Of a stretch of DNA of 64,000 nucleotides, positions 14,227 through 28,488 are shown piece after piece. The DNA is from the human T2T-CHM13v2.0 reference genome, Homo sapiens. The stretch lies in assembly GCF_009914755.1 (NCBI RefSeq), contig NC_060932.1. One strand, given 5' to 3'. The notes under the pieces were generated by a model. That model was not told the origin of the DNA. It searched no databases and was given only the letters and a program-made list of their open reading frames with translations. Position 1 is the first letter of the stretch. Each line of letters starts with the position of its first letter. Made by a program: the position numbers and the translations under genes.

Positions 14227-15929
14227 GTCTCTTAAGAACAGACATGAGTATTAAGCACAAATTGTTCTTCAATGGTAGAAATAAAATTCAATATAAATAA
14301 GCTCTGTAGTGCAGAATGAGATTTTCTATTACCAACAATTAAACAGGAAGTTTTCAAGCAGCATATGAATAGCTCTCATGCAGATGCCACTACTTGGAAT
14401 TCTTGATGAAGGAAATAAATGGTAACAAATCAACTAGGCCTAGATATATTTAAATGCATGTAAAGACTTTCTTATTTAAAACCAGATTTCTGAAGCTTTA
14501 AAATCTATGAATAACATGGAAAAAGCAAAAGCAATAATATTAGTATAAGCTATATGAAAATATGAAATGCACATTAATCTGAAATAGAGTCTTCATTCCC
14601 GAGTTAACTAGCAGTCATTCTGTATGAACACAAACTCTTAGATCTTTCTTATGAGAAATTATAATACTTCCAATATTTGAGGAGGGTGGGTAGCTAATTC
14701 AAAAGTGTATTATTATAAAGATCTTTATGTGATAATATTTCTATGATTTCTTATAATGTAAAGGGAAATGAACAGTTACGGGAAATTTAGTGACATATAT
14801 GAAGACAAACAACAGTTGATGAAAAGATTTAAAATATTTTATCCTTTGCTCAGCTCCTGATATCCCATAAGGAAATGAGACCATTAGACCTAATTGTCAC
14901 CAAGAGACGCAGAAGGGACCAAGCTATGATTTCAGTGAAACTGGGCCCAAGATTCAAAGAAATTATCTACCATTTTTTTAACCTTCGCATAAATCCAGAA
15001 CTAATCTTTTTCACTTTTTCAAAAAGCTATATATGTACATGTCATTCCTTATCAGGCAGTATGCTTCTTGAGAAAAAGGATATTTTCTTCATAGTTTTAC
15101 TTCTACAGAGCCTAGCACTATGTTTTCTTGCAAATGGGTTTTCAGCAAATGTTGTTAGAATTGGATTAAATTAAATATTGTCAAATAAAAGGCTAAAATC
15201 TGAAATAATAATGAATGCAAAGAGATTTCAATCATTAACTAATAAGTCTCAAGTGATCTCCAACTAAGTAGAAGAGAGTAATTTATAACTGACACTGAAA
15301 TAAAAATTAAGATGGAAATAATTATGGATTATTTTTAGCAAAGAAATGAGAAAGTTAAGGATATAAATTTTTAGAGAACTTTACTCACAAATTGGAGGCT
15401 AATGAAAATAGTTAGTGATGAAATGGACGGTGAGTGAACAGTCTAAACCTGAAACATTTGGGGAACAGTGCCAGTTTAAAAGAGATCATTAAATATAGTT
15501 TTATGGAAGGAGAATAAGATGACCAAAAACTTGGGGAGGACAATATGTCTGTATTCTTGTATTAAAGAATGCTACCCACTGCAATGGTTGGAAGATTATA
15601 CTAAATGAAAAGTAAATATAATAATATATCACAGGAAGATAGGATATAGTCTATCTAAGGACATTTAGATGACAGAAGAATTTTAAACATATTGTAATTT
15701 GGTGTTCCAACTATTTTTTCCACTTACACTTCTAAGCACATCTTTAAAAAATTAGCTACAAAACATTACAGTGAATTTTGCAGTTAAAACAACTTCTCAT
15801 TGTTGCAAATTATCTTCTGTTCACCTAAATTCTAGGCATATGCTGTTCACTCAGAATATAAGACTTTCTATATTTCTCAGTTGAGAAATTCTGATTTATT
15901 TACAAATATTTATTTATATAGTGTTTTCT

Positions 15930-16165
15930 TACGCTCCAAGCTTTCTAAGTGTTTTCCAAAGATTCATTCATTTAATCCTTATAATAACCTTATACTGGAA
16001 ATGCAATTATTATTATTATCTCCATTTACCAAAGAGTGAACACGATGCATACAGAAGGTAATAACTTGGCCACAGCCACATAAACGGTAAGTGGTTGCTC
16101 CAGGCTCCCGGGGCAGGCAGGTTAGTTCAGAAAGAAAAGCCACCCACTTACAATGCTCTGTTGCT
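15930..16165 (-). mobile_element. MIR SINE
   Basis: tcatttaatccttataataacct...tattatctccatttac...taacttggccacagccaca. Confidence 0.7.
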
Positions 16166-16870
16166 CAGTCACAAGTAGAATAATAATGATTTATGTATGA
16201 CCTCTGTCTATAAAGCAACAAGTTTATATTTTTAATGAACACCATTGGAACTTATACCTCAGAATGAATGTTCTTTCAAAAAGCACTCAATTCAGATGCT
16301 GTACATTTACTTCAATGAAGCTGGCATTTACCACATTATTTGTGAAACATATTTCTTACCATTAGAACAAGTTTCAAATTCCAACAATAAAATCAGTAAA
16401 ATATCATGTTGTATTTGACAAGCACATACATCTTATCTGTCAATTTAAAAATTTATGTTAAATAATACATTTTAAAATTTAATATTGCTATTTAAAATCT
16501 CTTCCTTTCTACCTCTGAAGCCATAAAATATCTTCTAATGAGGTTCCCATCATTGCAATCAAGGCATGATTGGCTTGAATACTTTTCGACATGACCCCAA
16601 ATCAAATTAATTCTCTAATACTGAAAACTTTTTGCCATGAGAGATATTTCTCAAAAAATTGTCAAGGGTGGTGTACACAATATTGTCTGTAAAGGGCCAA
16701 GTACCGTGCCCATTACAAACTAAAAAAAAAAAAAAGTTATTCCTCAGTTGTCACCAGTTTTATTGCTTCTTTCTTTTAGAAGCTGCTTTCAGTCATCCTT
16801 TCCATTTTCTCTGCCTCTATCTTATTCTGAGAGGCTGAAAGATGATTGAACAACTTAAGCTTCAGGTCCT

Positions 16871-17348
16871 GTCTGAGTTTCCTATTGCTACTGTAACAAA
16901 CTACCAAACATTTAGTGGCTTATAACAACACACATTCATTTTGTGTTCAAAATCAAGGTTTAGACCCCAAATCAAGGTACAGGCAGGACCGAATTCCTTC
17001 TGAAGATTCTAGAAGACAGTGTTTCTTTGCCTTTTCCAGTTTCTAGAAAGGCCTTCTGCATTCCTTGGCTTATGGCCCCTTCCTCTATCTTCAGTGAGCA
17101 TCATTCCAACCTCTGCTTCCATTATCAGATTTTCTTTTTCTGACTCTGATTCTCCTGTATTCTTCTTTGTCTTAGAAAAACTCTTGTGATTCCCATAAGC
17201 CCACCTGAATAATCCAAGATGATCTCCCCATGTCAAGATCTTTTACTTAATCACAGCTGGAAAGTCTCTTTTGACATGTAAAATAACATATTCACTGATT
17301 TGAGGATTAGGAGGAAGAAACCTATGGAGGCCATTATTCTGTCTATCA
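16871..17348 (-). mobile_element. MLT1D/MLT1C-type MaLR LTR
   Basis: tttcctattgctactgtaacaaactacc...cttaatcacagctggaaagtctcttttg...ggccattattctgtctatca. MIR-like sequence continues downstream to ~17520. Confidence 0.85.
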
Positions 17349-17542
17349 GAAGGCCAGATAGCCTGAGTTAAAGCCTGGTTCTACTATTCATTTACTGCTT
17401 ATTTTTTTAAGCAAATTATTTAACCTTCCCAAAAGCAAATCTTCTTATCCATGTAATAAGACTCATAATAGTATGTAATAAGATTCCAGTGAGGACTAGA
17501 TAAGATTGTTCTGTGTATATAATATTTATGCCTGTCAAACTG

Positions 17543-17915
17543 TGATATAGTTTAGCTATGTATCCACCCAAATCTCATCTTGAATTGTAGTTCCCATAAT
17601 CTCCATGCGTATGGGAGGGACACAGTGGGAGGTAATTTAATCATTGGGGTGTTCATCCTCAAGCTGGTCTCATGACAGTGAGTAAGTTTTCACCAGATCT
17701 GATGGTTTTATAACGGGCTTCTTCTGCTTTGCTCAGCACTTCTCCTTGCTGCTGCCATGTGAAGAAGGACTTGTTTGCTTTCCCCTCTACCATGACTTTA
17801 AGTTTCCTGAGGCCTCCCAAGCCCTGCAGAACTGTGTATCAATTAAACCTCTTTCCTTTATAAATTACCCAGTCTCAGTTATGTCTGTATTAGCAGCATG
17901 AGAATGAATGAATAC
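17543..17915 (+). mobile_element. THE1C/D MaLR solo LTR
   Basis: tgatatagtttagct...cacccaaatctcatcttgaattgtagttcccataat...aattaaacctctttccttataaattacccagtctc...aataca. Confidence 0.92.
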
Positions 17916-18246
17916 AAAGAGTATTAAGTCTTAGCTATTATTATTTTAATAATAAGATGCAATAATAATACAAAATAAGTCTTAGCTATTATTATTTTAT
18001 TAACCTCATCTGAAACAAATGCACATTAACCAACCTCACAGAAATAAATGCCTAAATGCATAAATCTGGAATGTCCACATGTTTATTCACCATAAGGGAT
18101 ACAATCTTGGGATTAACAATACTGCTATTTAGATAAACCAACAGAGAAGGCAAATTGTAATCTGAAGTTGGTTTAATGAGTCCAAATCAAGAAAGAGCAG
18201 AGATAAATCAAAGTATGTCCATGATTCAGGGTTTCTTTCAACTAAA

Positions 18247-18400
18247 TCCTTGTTATTCAAAGTGGACAAGCTGTATCAGCATCACTTGGAAGCTTATTAT
18301 GCAGAGGGTCAAGCCCCACTCTAGACCTTCACATGAGAATCTGAATTCTTCTGTGATTCCTCAGGTGATTTGCATGCATATTCAAGTTTGAGAAGTACTA
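18247..18400. mobile_element. MER5A hAT-Charlie MITE
   Basis: atcagcatcacttggaagctt...gattcctcaggtgatttgcatgcatattcaagtttgagaagtact. Confidence 0.75.
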
Positions 18401-21019
18401 CCTTTGACAGAACTTAAAAGAATGCAAGTGCTTTGCCCAGGTGTACAAGTTTGCCTTCAGTAACAAATTTCTTTCTCTGCTTTTGTAACTGAAACACCAC
18501 CATCATCTATTCATTGATACATTCTTTACATATATCAATGCCTTGTAAAAAGAATGTTTCTAGACACCGTCCCTTTGAAGTGAAATGGCATGAGTAGGCA
18601 CTGATTGCCATGCGTGATTCGAAGTTTAACTCTCATTGCACATTCTTAAGTTCTTTAATGTTAAGCTGATGAAGAAAAGAGAAGGCTTTACTTACAAAGG
18701 TCTAGAAATAATTACAAAGACAGACATCCAGAAATCATGTATTCACTTCATTTCTTAGTAGCTTCACTAAATTCTATTATTAATTGAATATTTCAAAACA
18801 AACCCTATAAGAAAACTCAGACAATGAAAATTAATTAATACCATTAGTTGTAATAAAGCTAAATATCAAATTTTCTATGGGAAATAAAACGAAACCGTAT
18901 GGAAAACATTTTTTCAGATGGAACAATAATCATTGGAGTATGCTTTTTGAAGGGAGACCAAATATCCAAGTATAAATTTAGCTTCTTCAATGGAAATGCA
19001 CCCACTAATGTACTTAAAAATTAAGTACATTGCTATTCTATGATTGTATTCAAAGGGGGTAGAGTCAAAGACTCTAGAGAATTCCTAGAGATGCTAAGAC
19101 ATTAACAATAGTTCAGTGAATTAAAATATTTGAACATTATTTCAACACATACTTATTGAATAACTATTGTGGAAGGTCCTCTACTACTTGCACTTGGTCA
19201 AATGCAGGCTTCCCTAAAGAACCAACACCAGGTGAGCCTGTTCAGATGACAAAGCTAAGTTTTTAACAAATGAGAGCACTACCTTGCAGAGTCTTCTGGC
19301 CTCCTGAAAGAGGAATAGCAAAGTTAGGATATTTATGAGGTTTCAGACTCCGATTTATGGAGGGTTTTTCAATGCAGTGGTGGTAGGGGAAGGGATGACT
19401 AGAATTGAAAAAGAACTATGATATAATAGCTTATATTAGTGAGAAGGCTTTGAAGTGAGGGTTTACAGAGCTTTGAAGACTTTTCACATGATTCTATTAC
19501 CCATTGGAAAGCCTAACCGTCTGATGTTCATTTAAATGGTTTTTCCAGGAAGCTTCTAAATGAACAATATAATTACTTGCAACCTGGGCAAGAGGTTCCT
19601 GGAATAGCAAACTTGGGTTGATGAAGGCAGTGGAATAGTAAAATGACATTGGTGAAGACAGCCTAATGGTGGAGTAGAGTTCTGTTAATACAGATAATAA
19701 GTTGCATGCGGCAGATGGTTTTATCTTTCATTTTAGTGATTCAAGGATGCATAGGACATAGTCACTATTCTAAGAGTATACAATAGAATGTGAAAGTTTA
19801 TTAACTACTAAAACGGATTTGTATTGATTATAAAATAGATGGTTATTGATAAAAAGTAGAGAGGAATATAAACAAGAAAATAAGTCAACAAATTCCACTA
19901 ATTTGACAGAGCATTCCTCGCATTTTGATGTTTCTATGTTGTATTTACATGTGTTCAGCTTATATATATTCTATATTCATATGATAAAATATACATATTT
20001 TATAATCAAAACTTGGGGCCATGTTATCGATTAACTTTGTAGCCAGTTATTTTACTTAATTCAAAAGTCTATGAACATTTTCTAATGTTATTCAATATTA
20101 TTGGCAAACTTCTCTCAGATATATTTTATTTTTTGCCAAAATGATTTGAGTAGTTATCATTGGAATCAGATTTTGCACTTAATTCAGGATTCCAGTCACA
20201 TAGGATAGAAGACTACAGGAAGGAGTGAATAGACTCTCAAACATATTACAAATAAAATTAAAATTTTAAAAATTTGAAAAGCTACAGAGAGATTTGATTT
20301 GTAAAGTTCTAAGTTTTGTTTATTGACATTAGCAGTTTAGAATCCAGGCTCTAGGAAAGGAATCAGTTGGCAGGGTGGTGAATTTCTCCCAAAGAAATGG
20401 AGTACCTTCCAAATAGGAACCCAGGGACTACAGTAGATTTCGAAGTTATAGCTCCCCCAATCATGTTTTAGTTCACGTAGTAAACCTTTGAAAACTGTCA
20501 TGGATTACGTGAAATTCTGAAGAAACTGAGTCTTCCTTTCTCTCCCTTGTCAATCACTCCCACTTTGATTATGTTTTCCTCTAGACTAAGGCTTTGGATG
20601 CCCAGGGGACACTATTGTTGTTTTTCTTTCTGTGGGCATAAAATAGAAAACCAAGAGCAGACAATATACTGAATTGTAAGAATTGGTTAATCTCATCTTA
20701 ATGAAAGATAATTTGATTATCATTAAACTGATAGGTCTTTTATAAGGAGAGAACTGAACATTGGTAGAAAAAAAAGAATAAATAACAGTAGGTTCGGCAA
20801 ATGTACTCCCATATAACCAGAGCACAATTTAAAATATTCCAAGAATGTGAGTATAATTTTTGGCGAGACATTAAAATAGTTTCACTCAGATGTCTTGAAC
20901 CATAGTTTGGATTTTAAAAAAAAAGAATATTTCAAAATACTTTTAGAACAGGAATAGTAAAATAAAAGTCAATAGAAATTATTAATAAGGAGCATAATTA
21001 TGATGTGAGACTGATAATG

Positions 21020-21357
21020 CAGTAGTGTTCCCTCATCTGCAGTTTCAGTTTTTGCAGTTAACTATGGTCAAAATATTAAATGGAAAATTTCAGAAATAAG
21101 TAATCCATAAGTTTTAAATTGCACAGCATTCTGAGTAGCTTAATGAAATCTTGTACTGTCCCAATCTGTTCTACCTAGGACATGAATCAGCCCTTTGTCC
21201 AGCGTATCCACACATTACCTGGCTGTTAGTCACTTAGCAGCCCTCTCTGTATCAGAGGGGAAAAATATAGTATATGTAGAGTTTGGTACAATCTGCAGTT
21301 CCAGGCATCCCCTGGACATCTTGGAATGTATTCCCTGTGGATAAAGGGGGACTACAG
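21020..21357 (+). mobile_element. MER44A (TcMar-Tigger) DNA transposon
   Basis: TIRs cagtagtgttccctcatctgcag / ctgtggataaagggggactacag, internal aaatattaaatggaaaatttcagaaataa, and TA at the right junction. Confidence 0.88.
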
Positions 21358-21719
21358 TACCAGCATTCTGCCAATCTGATAAACAAATTAATAAAAATAA
21401 ACTCTACAATATAGCAAATAAAAAGAAGAATGAGGAGTACTAATCCTGTGAAAGAAAGGTATATAATGAACAAGAACAAAGCCAAGAGTACAGAAAAAAT
21501 TATTGCTGCTTAATCATACATAACTGTGATAAAACCTCAAGTGAATAGAAAAATAAATACGTTAAAAGAGATGGCGGTGGTAATTAGTATAATATGAATT
21601 ATAACCAGTGATCAGAATTATATTTGTAGTAGAAGGTGGAAATAAAGGGGATGATTCAGAATATTCTGTGAACGGTAGAAAATAAAACAAAAACAACTAA
21701 GAATTAAGTGAACAAATCT

Positions 21720-21777
21720 TTTTTTTTTTTACATGTACACTAAAACTTAAAGTATAATAATAACAAAATTTTTTAAA
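21720..21777 (+). mobile_element. Minimal L1PA 3'-terminal insertion
   Basis: acatgtacactaaaacttaaagtataataa is the L1PA terminus. Flanked by aagtgaacaaatct / aagtgaaaaaatct. Confidence 0.8.
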
Positions 21778-23499
21778 AAGTGAAAAAATCTAAACGAAGA
21801 ACAAGGAAGCTTTATTATAATGAGAAAGGATTGAAATTGATTTAAGGAAGTAGAAAGTAAAGTACTAATGTAAGAGCAAAGTGTTATATAAGATCGTCTA
21901 CTGTATGCATCCTGGCATTTTTAGTTTTAAAAAAGCAAAACAATATTCTTTGGAAAAATAGCCACAGCATATGAATAGAATATGAAACATGAAAAACAAA
22001 TATCTAGAATAATAAAATTTTTTCCTGCCACCATTTAAAAAATACATATTTTTGCAGTACTAATCACAACATTTCTTGCTGTATTTCTTTGCTTATTAAA
22101 ATTCATTTTAGAAATGAATTCCTAAAATGTGACTGGAACATATGTTTAAAAAAGCATTGAGATTTAGATTTTTGGAAAAATAAGTGAGTTGAATTTTATT
22201 TTATGATTGATTAATAAAATTGTTTTAGAGCAATTGTCTTCTGATAGTTCAAGGCAAGTTGAAGTGTATATTATTCAAGAAACTCTTTCACATTAAACAT
22301 TTGGATGTTGAATTTAACTCTAGGTGTTATCTTCACAGATCAGTAAAAGATGACAGAGTTCTCTCTAAAATGTGCTCAGTTTAAATTAAACCAACATTCT
22401 TGGTTTCCCAAAATAGCACAACTTTTATTTGACACTTCTATAAAAATTATACTCTCTAATTGTTGCATTTAATTTTGTGCTCCAAATCATACCAAGCACT
22501 ATAAAACAGTAATTGTTCTCAATAAAAAACCCAAGCTACAGAGGGGCCAGAAATACTCACTGGTATATAAAAGTTTATCAGTTATCTTCATCCTTAGCCA
22601 GGCTGCAGAATGATCTAAAGAAAGAACCAAAAATTATAAGAATTAAATATATTGCTTTATATTATGTTTATAATTTTTTATTATACTTTGAGGAAAATAT
22701 GAATATATCTTAAAATGTAAACTTTTTGGACATTTATTGACACATTTCTCTCCAAAATGTAAAAATCAGTTTTGCAAAAATATAAAAGAGCAGATATTTA
22801 CTTTTTGTAAGAATACAATTTTAAATTGCAAGCTTGTATGTGAAGAATAAAACAAAAATAACACTACATGTATCCATCCAAAAGGAGAGTAAATCAATTC
22901 ATTTAAATATAACTCTAACCTGAGACTCTATGACTTTAAAATTAACTATAATTTATGTCATATTCTTTGATACTATTAAACCTAAATAAGAATTTTAAAA
23001 TATGTAAATATGAATATTAATATTTATGTTTATTTTTAGAAGTAATTATCTTAAGTCAGAACACATAAACTCCTCTGTCTTCCTTGGCAATGCCCATGAA
23101 AGGGCCGTTTATCTGCTAGATTTCATCCTGTCTGTTTTCAGACCCCTTGACAAGCCTAACATCATTAAAAGAGATTGAATGTATTCATTCACTGTCAGTC
23201 AGAACACAATGGCAAACCTCAGCATAACTAGAAAAAAACTAATGTCATAAAAACAGGAGACAAAGAAGAAATTCAAGATGCCCCCAAATTGTTATGAGAG
23301 AAATTAGCATAAATACTTGGGAATAACTGGAAAAAAATAAGCAAAACTGGAGGAATCTCAGAGACACTGGTGTTAAGATGGGGAGAGAGACAAGAATGAG
23401 AAGAGACAACTAATAGATCTTGGTTTTCAACATGTATTCTGGCTAAACAGAAAAACATTGCACACATGACTCCTGGGGGCTGAATTAATTAAACTTTTA

Positions 23500-24621
23500 T
23501 GTTATTTTATTTTTCTCCTTAATTAGTTTGCTAGTAACACATATTTTATTTTTCAGTGATTATGAAAAGAATTACAATTTAAATCTTTGATTTATCAATC
23601 TCTAATTTATATTAGTATGGTACTTTTACAACTTCCAAGATAGTGTACCATAGAACATTCTAATTCTACTTAGCCCTATTTGATTTTTATGTTGTTGAGT
23701 GTTTTTATTTTGTATAAAATTTAAACTTCACAAGCTATTATTTTCATTATGTGTTTTATTCAGTATTTATTTATTGACCCACATCTTTATGCTTTTCATT
23801 TCTTTTCTTGTTTTCAAGTTTCCATATTGTATTATTTTTCTTCTGATTAAATAACTTCCTTTACTTTTTTTCCCTAGTGCAGGTCCCCTGGAAATCAATT
23901 ATTAATTTAAATATGTGTGTAATGTCTTTAATTTTCCATAATTTTTGAAAATATTTTTGGATATTTAAGTGTAAGCTAACAGTTATTTTCTTTCAGTATT
24001 TTGAAGGTTTCCATTGTCTCCTAGCTTCCTTTTCTTGTTGTTAGTCAGGAGACAGTTTTATTCTTGCTTATTTGAAAGTGCTATACGTTTTCTATGTCTG
24101 TTTTTTGTTGGTCTTTACAAGTTTTATTATTATGTGCTTTTATGGTTTTTGTTGTATTTATCATGTTTGGGTTTCCGAAGGTTTACTCATTGCATGGCTG
24201 TTTCTTTCATCAGTTTTGGAAAATTCTCCACCAAACACTGATTCTGTCCCACTCTCCTCATCTAGTACTCCAATGGGATGTATTAGATCTTTTCACTGTG
24301 TTGAATTAGTAGTCTATTAGTATTTCAGTTTGGGTATTTTCTCTAACCCATCTTGTAGTTCACTAATTCTATTTTTTTCTATGTCTAGTATGCAGTTAGC
24401 TCCAACCACTAACTTCTACATTTAGATATGTATTTTTCTCTTTAAAAATTTCTATTTTTTATGATTTTATATTCTCTGTACACATTCTTTTTGTCTTTTA
24501 ATCTTTTGAACATATTTTAAAGATATATTTTAAAGGCCATGCCCGATAACTCCATTATGTAGAGCCTTTATGGATCTGTTTCCATTACCTACATTTTCTT
24601 TCCTTCTCTCTGTCTCTCTCT

Positions 24622-24672
<51 letters not shown>

Positions 24673-25190
24673 GCTCAAGTCTTATATATTTATATGCCTA
24701 AGATTTTTTTATTGACTTTTGGTTCTGGTGTATAAAATATTATTGAAAAAGTATAAGGCTCAGGATCATCTTATCTTGTCCTAGAAATAATACACTTTTT
24801 ATTTTGTCAGTTGGTTCAAGGCCATATTCCCTAAATCTAATTATGGATAGAGATGACTCAAAGTTGTGTTTTTTACTTGTTAGGACAAGTCCATTCACCA
24901 TTTACAGACCCCAGACTCCAATTTTTGTTTATTCTACCACCATAAGATTGCTGAATATAACCTCAGTTCCTCAATCTCTTTACCACAACTTTTACTTTTT
25001 ATCTGAGAGGTAAAATTAGTGACACACACTGAGTTTAACTCGCTAGACCATTTTTTCCCCTATATTGTGACCCCTCAAATTATGAATTCACAGACACATT
25101 TTACAATTGTGCATCTTTACTTGATGTACAGCTGGATGGTTAGTTGAAGATCACTATGTCTACCATTTCCAGAAATAAATCACTTTGCTC
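23500..25190 (-). mobile_element. Old L1M remnant
   Basis: T-rich antisense L1M motifs (ttttctttcagtattttgaag, tttcatcagttttggaaaattctc, gataactccattat). Boundaries approximate. Confidence 0.6.
24624..24669. repeat. (TG)n microsatellite (~23 units), Z-DNA capable
   Basis: Perfect GT dinucleotide run. Confidence 0.97.
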
Positions 25191-27002
25191 ATGCATTGTG
25201 GAAACTCCTGGCAACAGATTATTAAAAACCTGAACTCATTGTCCCAAGATTTCCTACTCTGTTTCTTCTAAGATCCATAATGTCATTGTGGAAAAAGCAA
25301 TGCAGCAACTCCTCAGGATCACCACAATAAATGGTAGGCTGTGAAATCCAGAAAATGAGGAGACAGCTGCATTTTATGCATACAGTTTTTCTAAAAACCA
25401 ACATAAAAATTATACATACATTCAGTACTCAGAGATGAGTTTCTAGACATGACCCCTAAGCTTAGCTACTTAAATCAGATGACAGTGTCTCACAGGACAA
25501 CACTAGTTACAAATATAACTTCCATTCCAAATATGTATTTCAATATATATCTACACAGAAGCTGGAGATCTTTTGCAAAGAAATACTGAATGGTTTACTT
25601 TTCAGCATCATTATTTTCTGAAAACTAGTCAGATTCCTGAGCCATATACTAGAATAGACTTACATTCGCAAAAACATATATACACACTTCAAACTACTTT
25701 TAGAGAAAAAAATATCACAAGACTGTGCCCCTGCACTCAAGGCAATTGGACCTCTAATATTTTCCTGAGTTTTTTTTTTTTCTGTATTTTCTATAACTCA
25801 CTTAGAATTTTTTGTTGTTGTTATTCTTTTCTCCTGTACTTTATTTTATTCCCATTTTAGTACTGACAACATTGTTTATAATACTTCTTTTGTAACATGC
25901 CCACTCTGCAGACAGTAAGCTGGCAAACAAAGAGATTAAGTCTTTATAAAATTTTATAACACTGTGAATTTATAAAAATGTCCTTTATCAAGACGATTAG
26001 TAATACACATTTGTTAATGAAATAGATGAATGTGTGGGTTGAATTTACTTATTCACCCCACACATTCATCCATTGTGATGGATGAATGGATGAATGTGGA
26101 GGAATTCTTCCTTCTAATTTTATTGAAAGTGTGGATACATGATTTAAAAAATAAGCATTTAATGCTTTTAAAAAATCATTTCCTGGTCCTTAGATCTTTA
26201 CTTCTGTTCCTGTACAAAGAAATCTTCCAGTCTTTACAGCTTCTTGCTCTCTTACTACACCATGTAGTAAGTATTTTCTTGCCTGAGATCTATGGTACAA
26301 GTTCTTGCTTTTCCATCCACTATTTGGACATGTGATGTGCTAATGACCTAGGCTGTTGGCAAATTGGGTATGACTGTTGGTAAGAGTATCAATTTGTCTT
26401 CATGCAGGAAAATTTGGCAACATCTGTTAAAATACCCAAATACACACACATTGATTTACGTTTAAGAAGGTTTGCTACAACACAATATGAAATGGCAAAA
26501 ATGAAGCCACATAAGAATGTTGAAAAAATTTTGATACAACAACATTTTGTAACATTATGCAAAATTCAGTGTCCTGACATGAGGGTATCTTCACAATATA
26601 CTGTTAACTAAAAAATCCAAAAGTAGAAAGTTATCTATAGTTATCATGTGTATAAATTATAAAAACCCATGCAGATAAAGTGTGCATGAATGTACACTGT
26701 CAAAAATTTTGAAAATTGAACATAAAAATGTTAACTGTGGCTGCTTTGGGGAAGAGTAGTAGGGTAGGAGTTTTGAATGTAGAGTCCTTTCCTTTAAGTT
26801 AACATATGCCTGCAATATCTGAATGTTTTCAAGGATTGTGGATTGTTTTCATAACACAAAATAGATTGAGACTGTTTAGAAACTAAGCTTCAGTTTAAGT
26901 GCCATAAATATAATAGAAAGAAGACTTTTTAATATTGATGATAAATTTAGGGAGGGTTTGGGAGTTCCCGAATATCTTCAACTAGTCACAACAGTGTTTC
27001 TC

Positions 27003-27201
27003 CCACATCAACACAGGGAGGGGAACAACACACACCAGAGCCTGTTGAGGGGTGGGGGATGAGGGGAGGGAACTTAGAGGACAGGTCAATGGGTGCAGCA
27101 AACCACCATGGCACACGTATACCTATGTAATGAACCTCCACATTCTGCACGTGTATCTCGGAACTTAAAGTAAAAAATTTTTTTAAAAGTGTTAAAAAAA
27201 A
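27003..27201 (+). mobile_element. L1PA (older PA subfamily) 3' end
   Basis: gggtgcagcaaaccaccatggcacacgtatacctatgtaa...ggaacttaaagtaaaa. TSD aacagtgtttctc / aacagtgtctctc. Confidence 0.92.
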
Positions 27202-27543
27202 AACAGTGTCTCTCAAATTTCAGCAAAAAAGGCTTATGACTCAAGGAAAGAAAATTATCACAGTTTTCCAGACAATTTCTGCAAAAGGAAAGATTACTCA
27301 GAATTATCTAGGCAATAACCCTATTTTTCCACTTCCTCAGACCGTGGGAAGTAGGATAGGCTGAAATTTAAGTGTCTCTAATACAGTCATAAATGTTCTG
27401 CAACTTACATTCCATGCTTAATAGGAACTCTTTCTGCCTAAGTAATTACTTATCTCTGGGTGATAGAATCATCTGTTCTTTGGAATACCATTACTGGTGC
27501 TACTACATCTCTTAAGAAGCTTTTGTTTTATAAAATCAAAATA

Positions 27544-27863
27544 GGCCTGGCACAGTGGCTCAGGCCTGTAATCCCAGCGCTTTGGAAGGTCAAGGGAGAA
27601 GGCAGGAGGATCACTTGATTCCAGGAGTTCAAGGCCAGCCTGGGCAATATGGTGAAACTGCATCTGTACATTTTTTTTTTTTTTAATTAGCCGGGTATGG
27701 TGGTGTGTTCCTGTAGCCTCAGCTACTCAGGAGGCTAAGGTGGGAAGATTGCTTGAGTGCTGGAGTTTGAGGATGCAGTGAACGGTGATTGCACCATTGC
27801 ATTCTACCCCGGGTGAGAAAAGTGATACCCTCATTTCTAAAACAAATAATAATAACAAAAATA
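27544..27863 (+). mobile_element. Alu SINE (AluJo-like)
   Basis: ggcctggcacagtggctcaggcctgtaatcccagc...aggagttcaaggccagcctgggcaa, A-rich tail, degenerate TSD aaatcaaa(a)t. Confidence 0.93.
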
Positions 27864-28488
27864 AATCAAATCTAATTAAAATAGACAAAAGGTAATCAAT
27901 CTATTAATCAGTCAATGTTACAAAATGGAAACTATAAGACCCAAATAAGTGGTCACGGGTTCAGGATTTTTTTTGAATAAAGCAGATAACTTCATTATGA
28001 AAGGAGGAATATAAGAGTTAATCTGGATGCTTTAATGTAAGTTAAGTAATCCACCTAGTATGTCTGTTTTCTTTAACTTTTTACACTGATCATAAATTTG
28101 TCTACCATTAAAGTCTTTGTTTTAGTGATTGCATTTTTAAAATTTTCACAATTATTTGTTGCAATCATTTATAAATTGAAAATATTCAACTTTACAACTG
28201 CATTTTAAAGTATAGATATGGCTTGTTTTGCTGGAAATATAAAGCCAACATTTTCCCCCTACCTTCCCCCTGGTAATAAGTTAAAATAATTTGTGTATTC
28301 ACACATTAAATGAATATGTAACAAGTATCTATGCACAATGTGTAAAGTAAATTAAATATGTATCAAGCATCTATACATTGGGCAATCTTCTAGATGTTGA
28401 AAGGGATGCCAAGGGACAAACAGGAAAGCACACCATGAAAAGTGATGTAAAAGAGGCTCTGAAAATTCAACTATTAGCATCATGGAGC

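Noticed and set aside
19168-19735. Possible ERV1/MER4-group LTR
   Set aside because: Composition is suggestive but I could not match a consensus or termini confidently.
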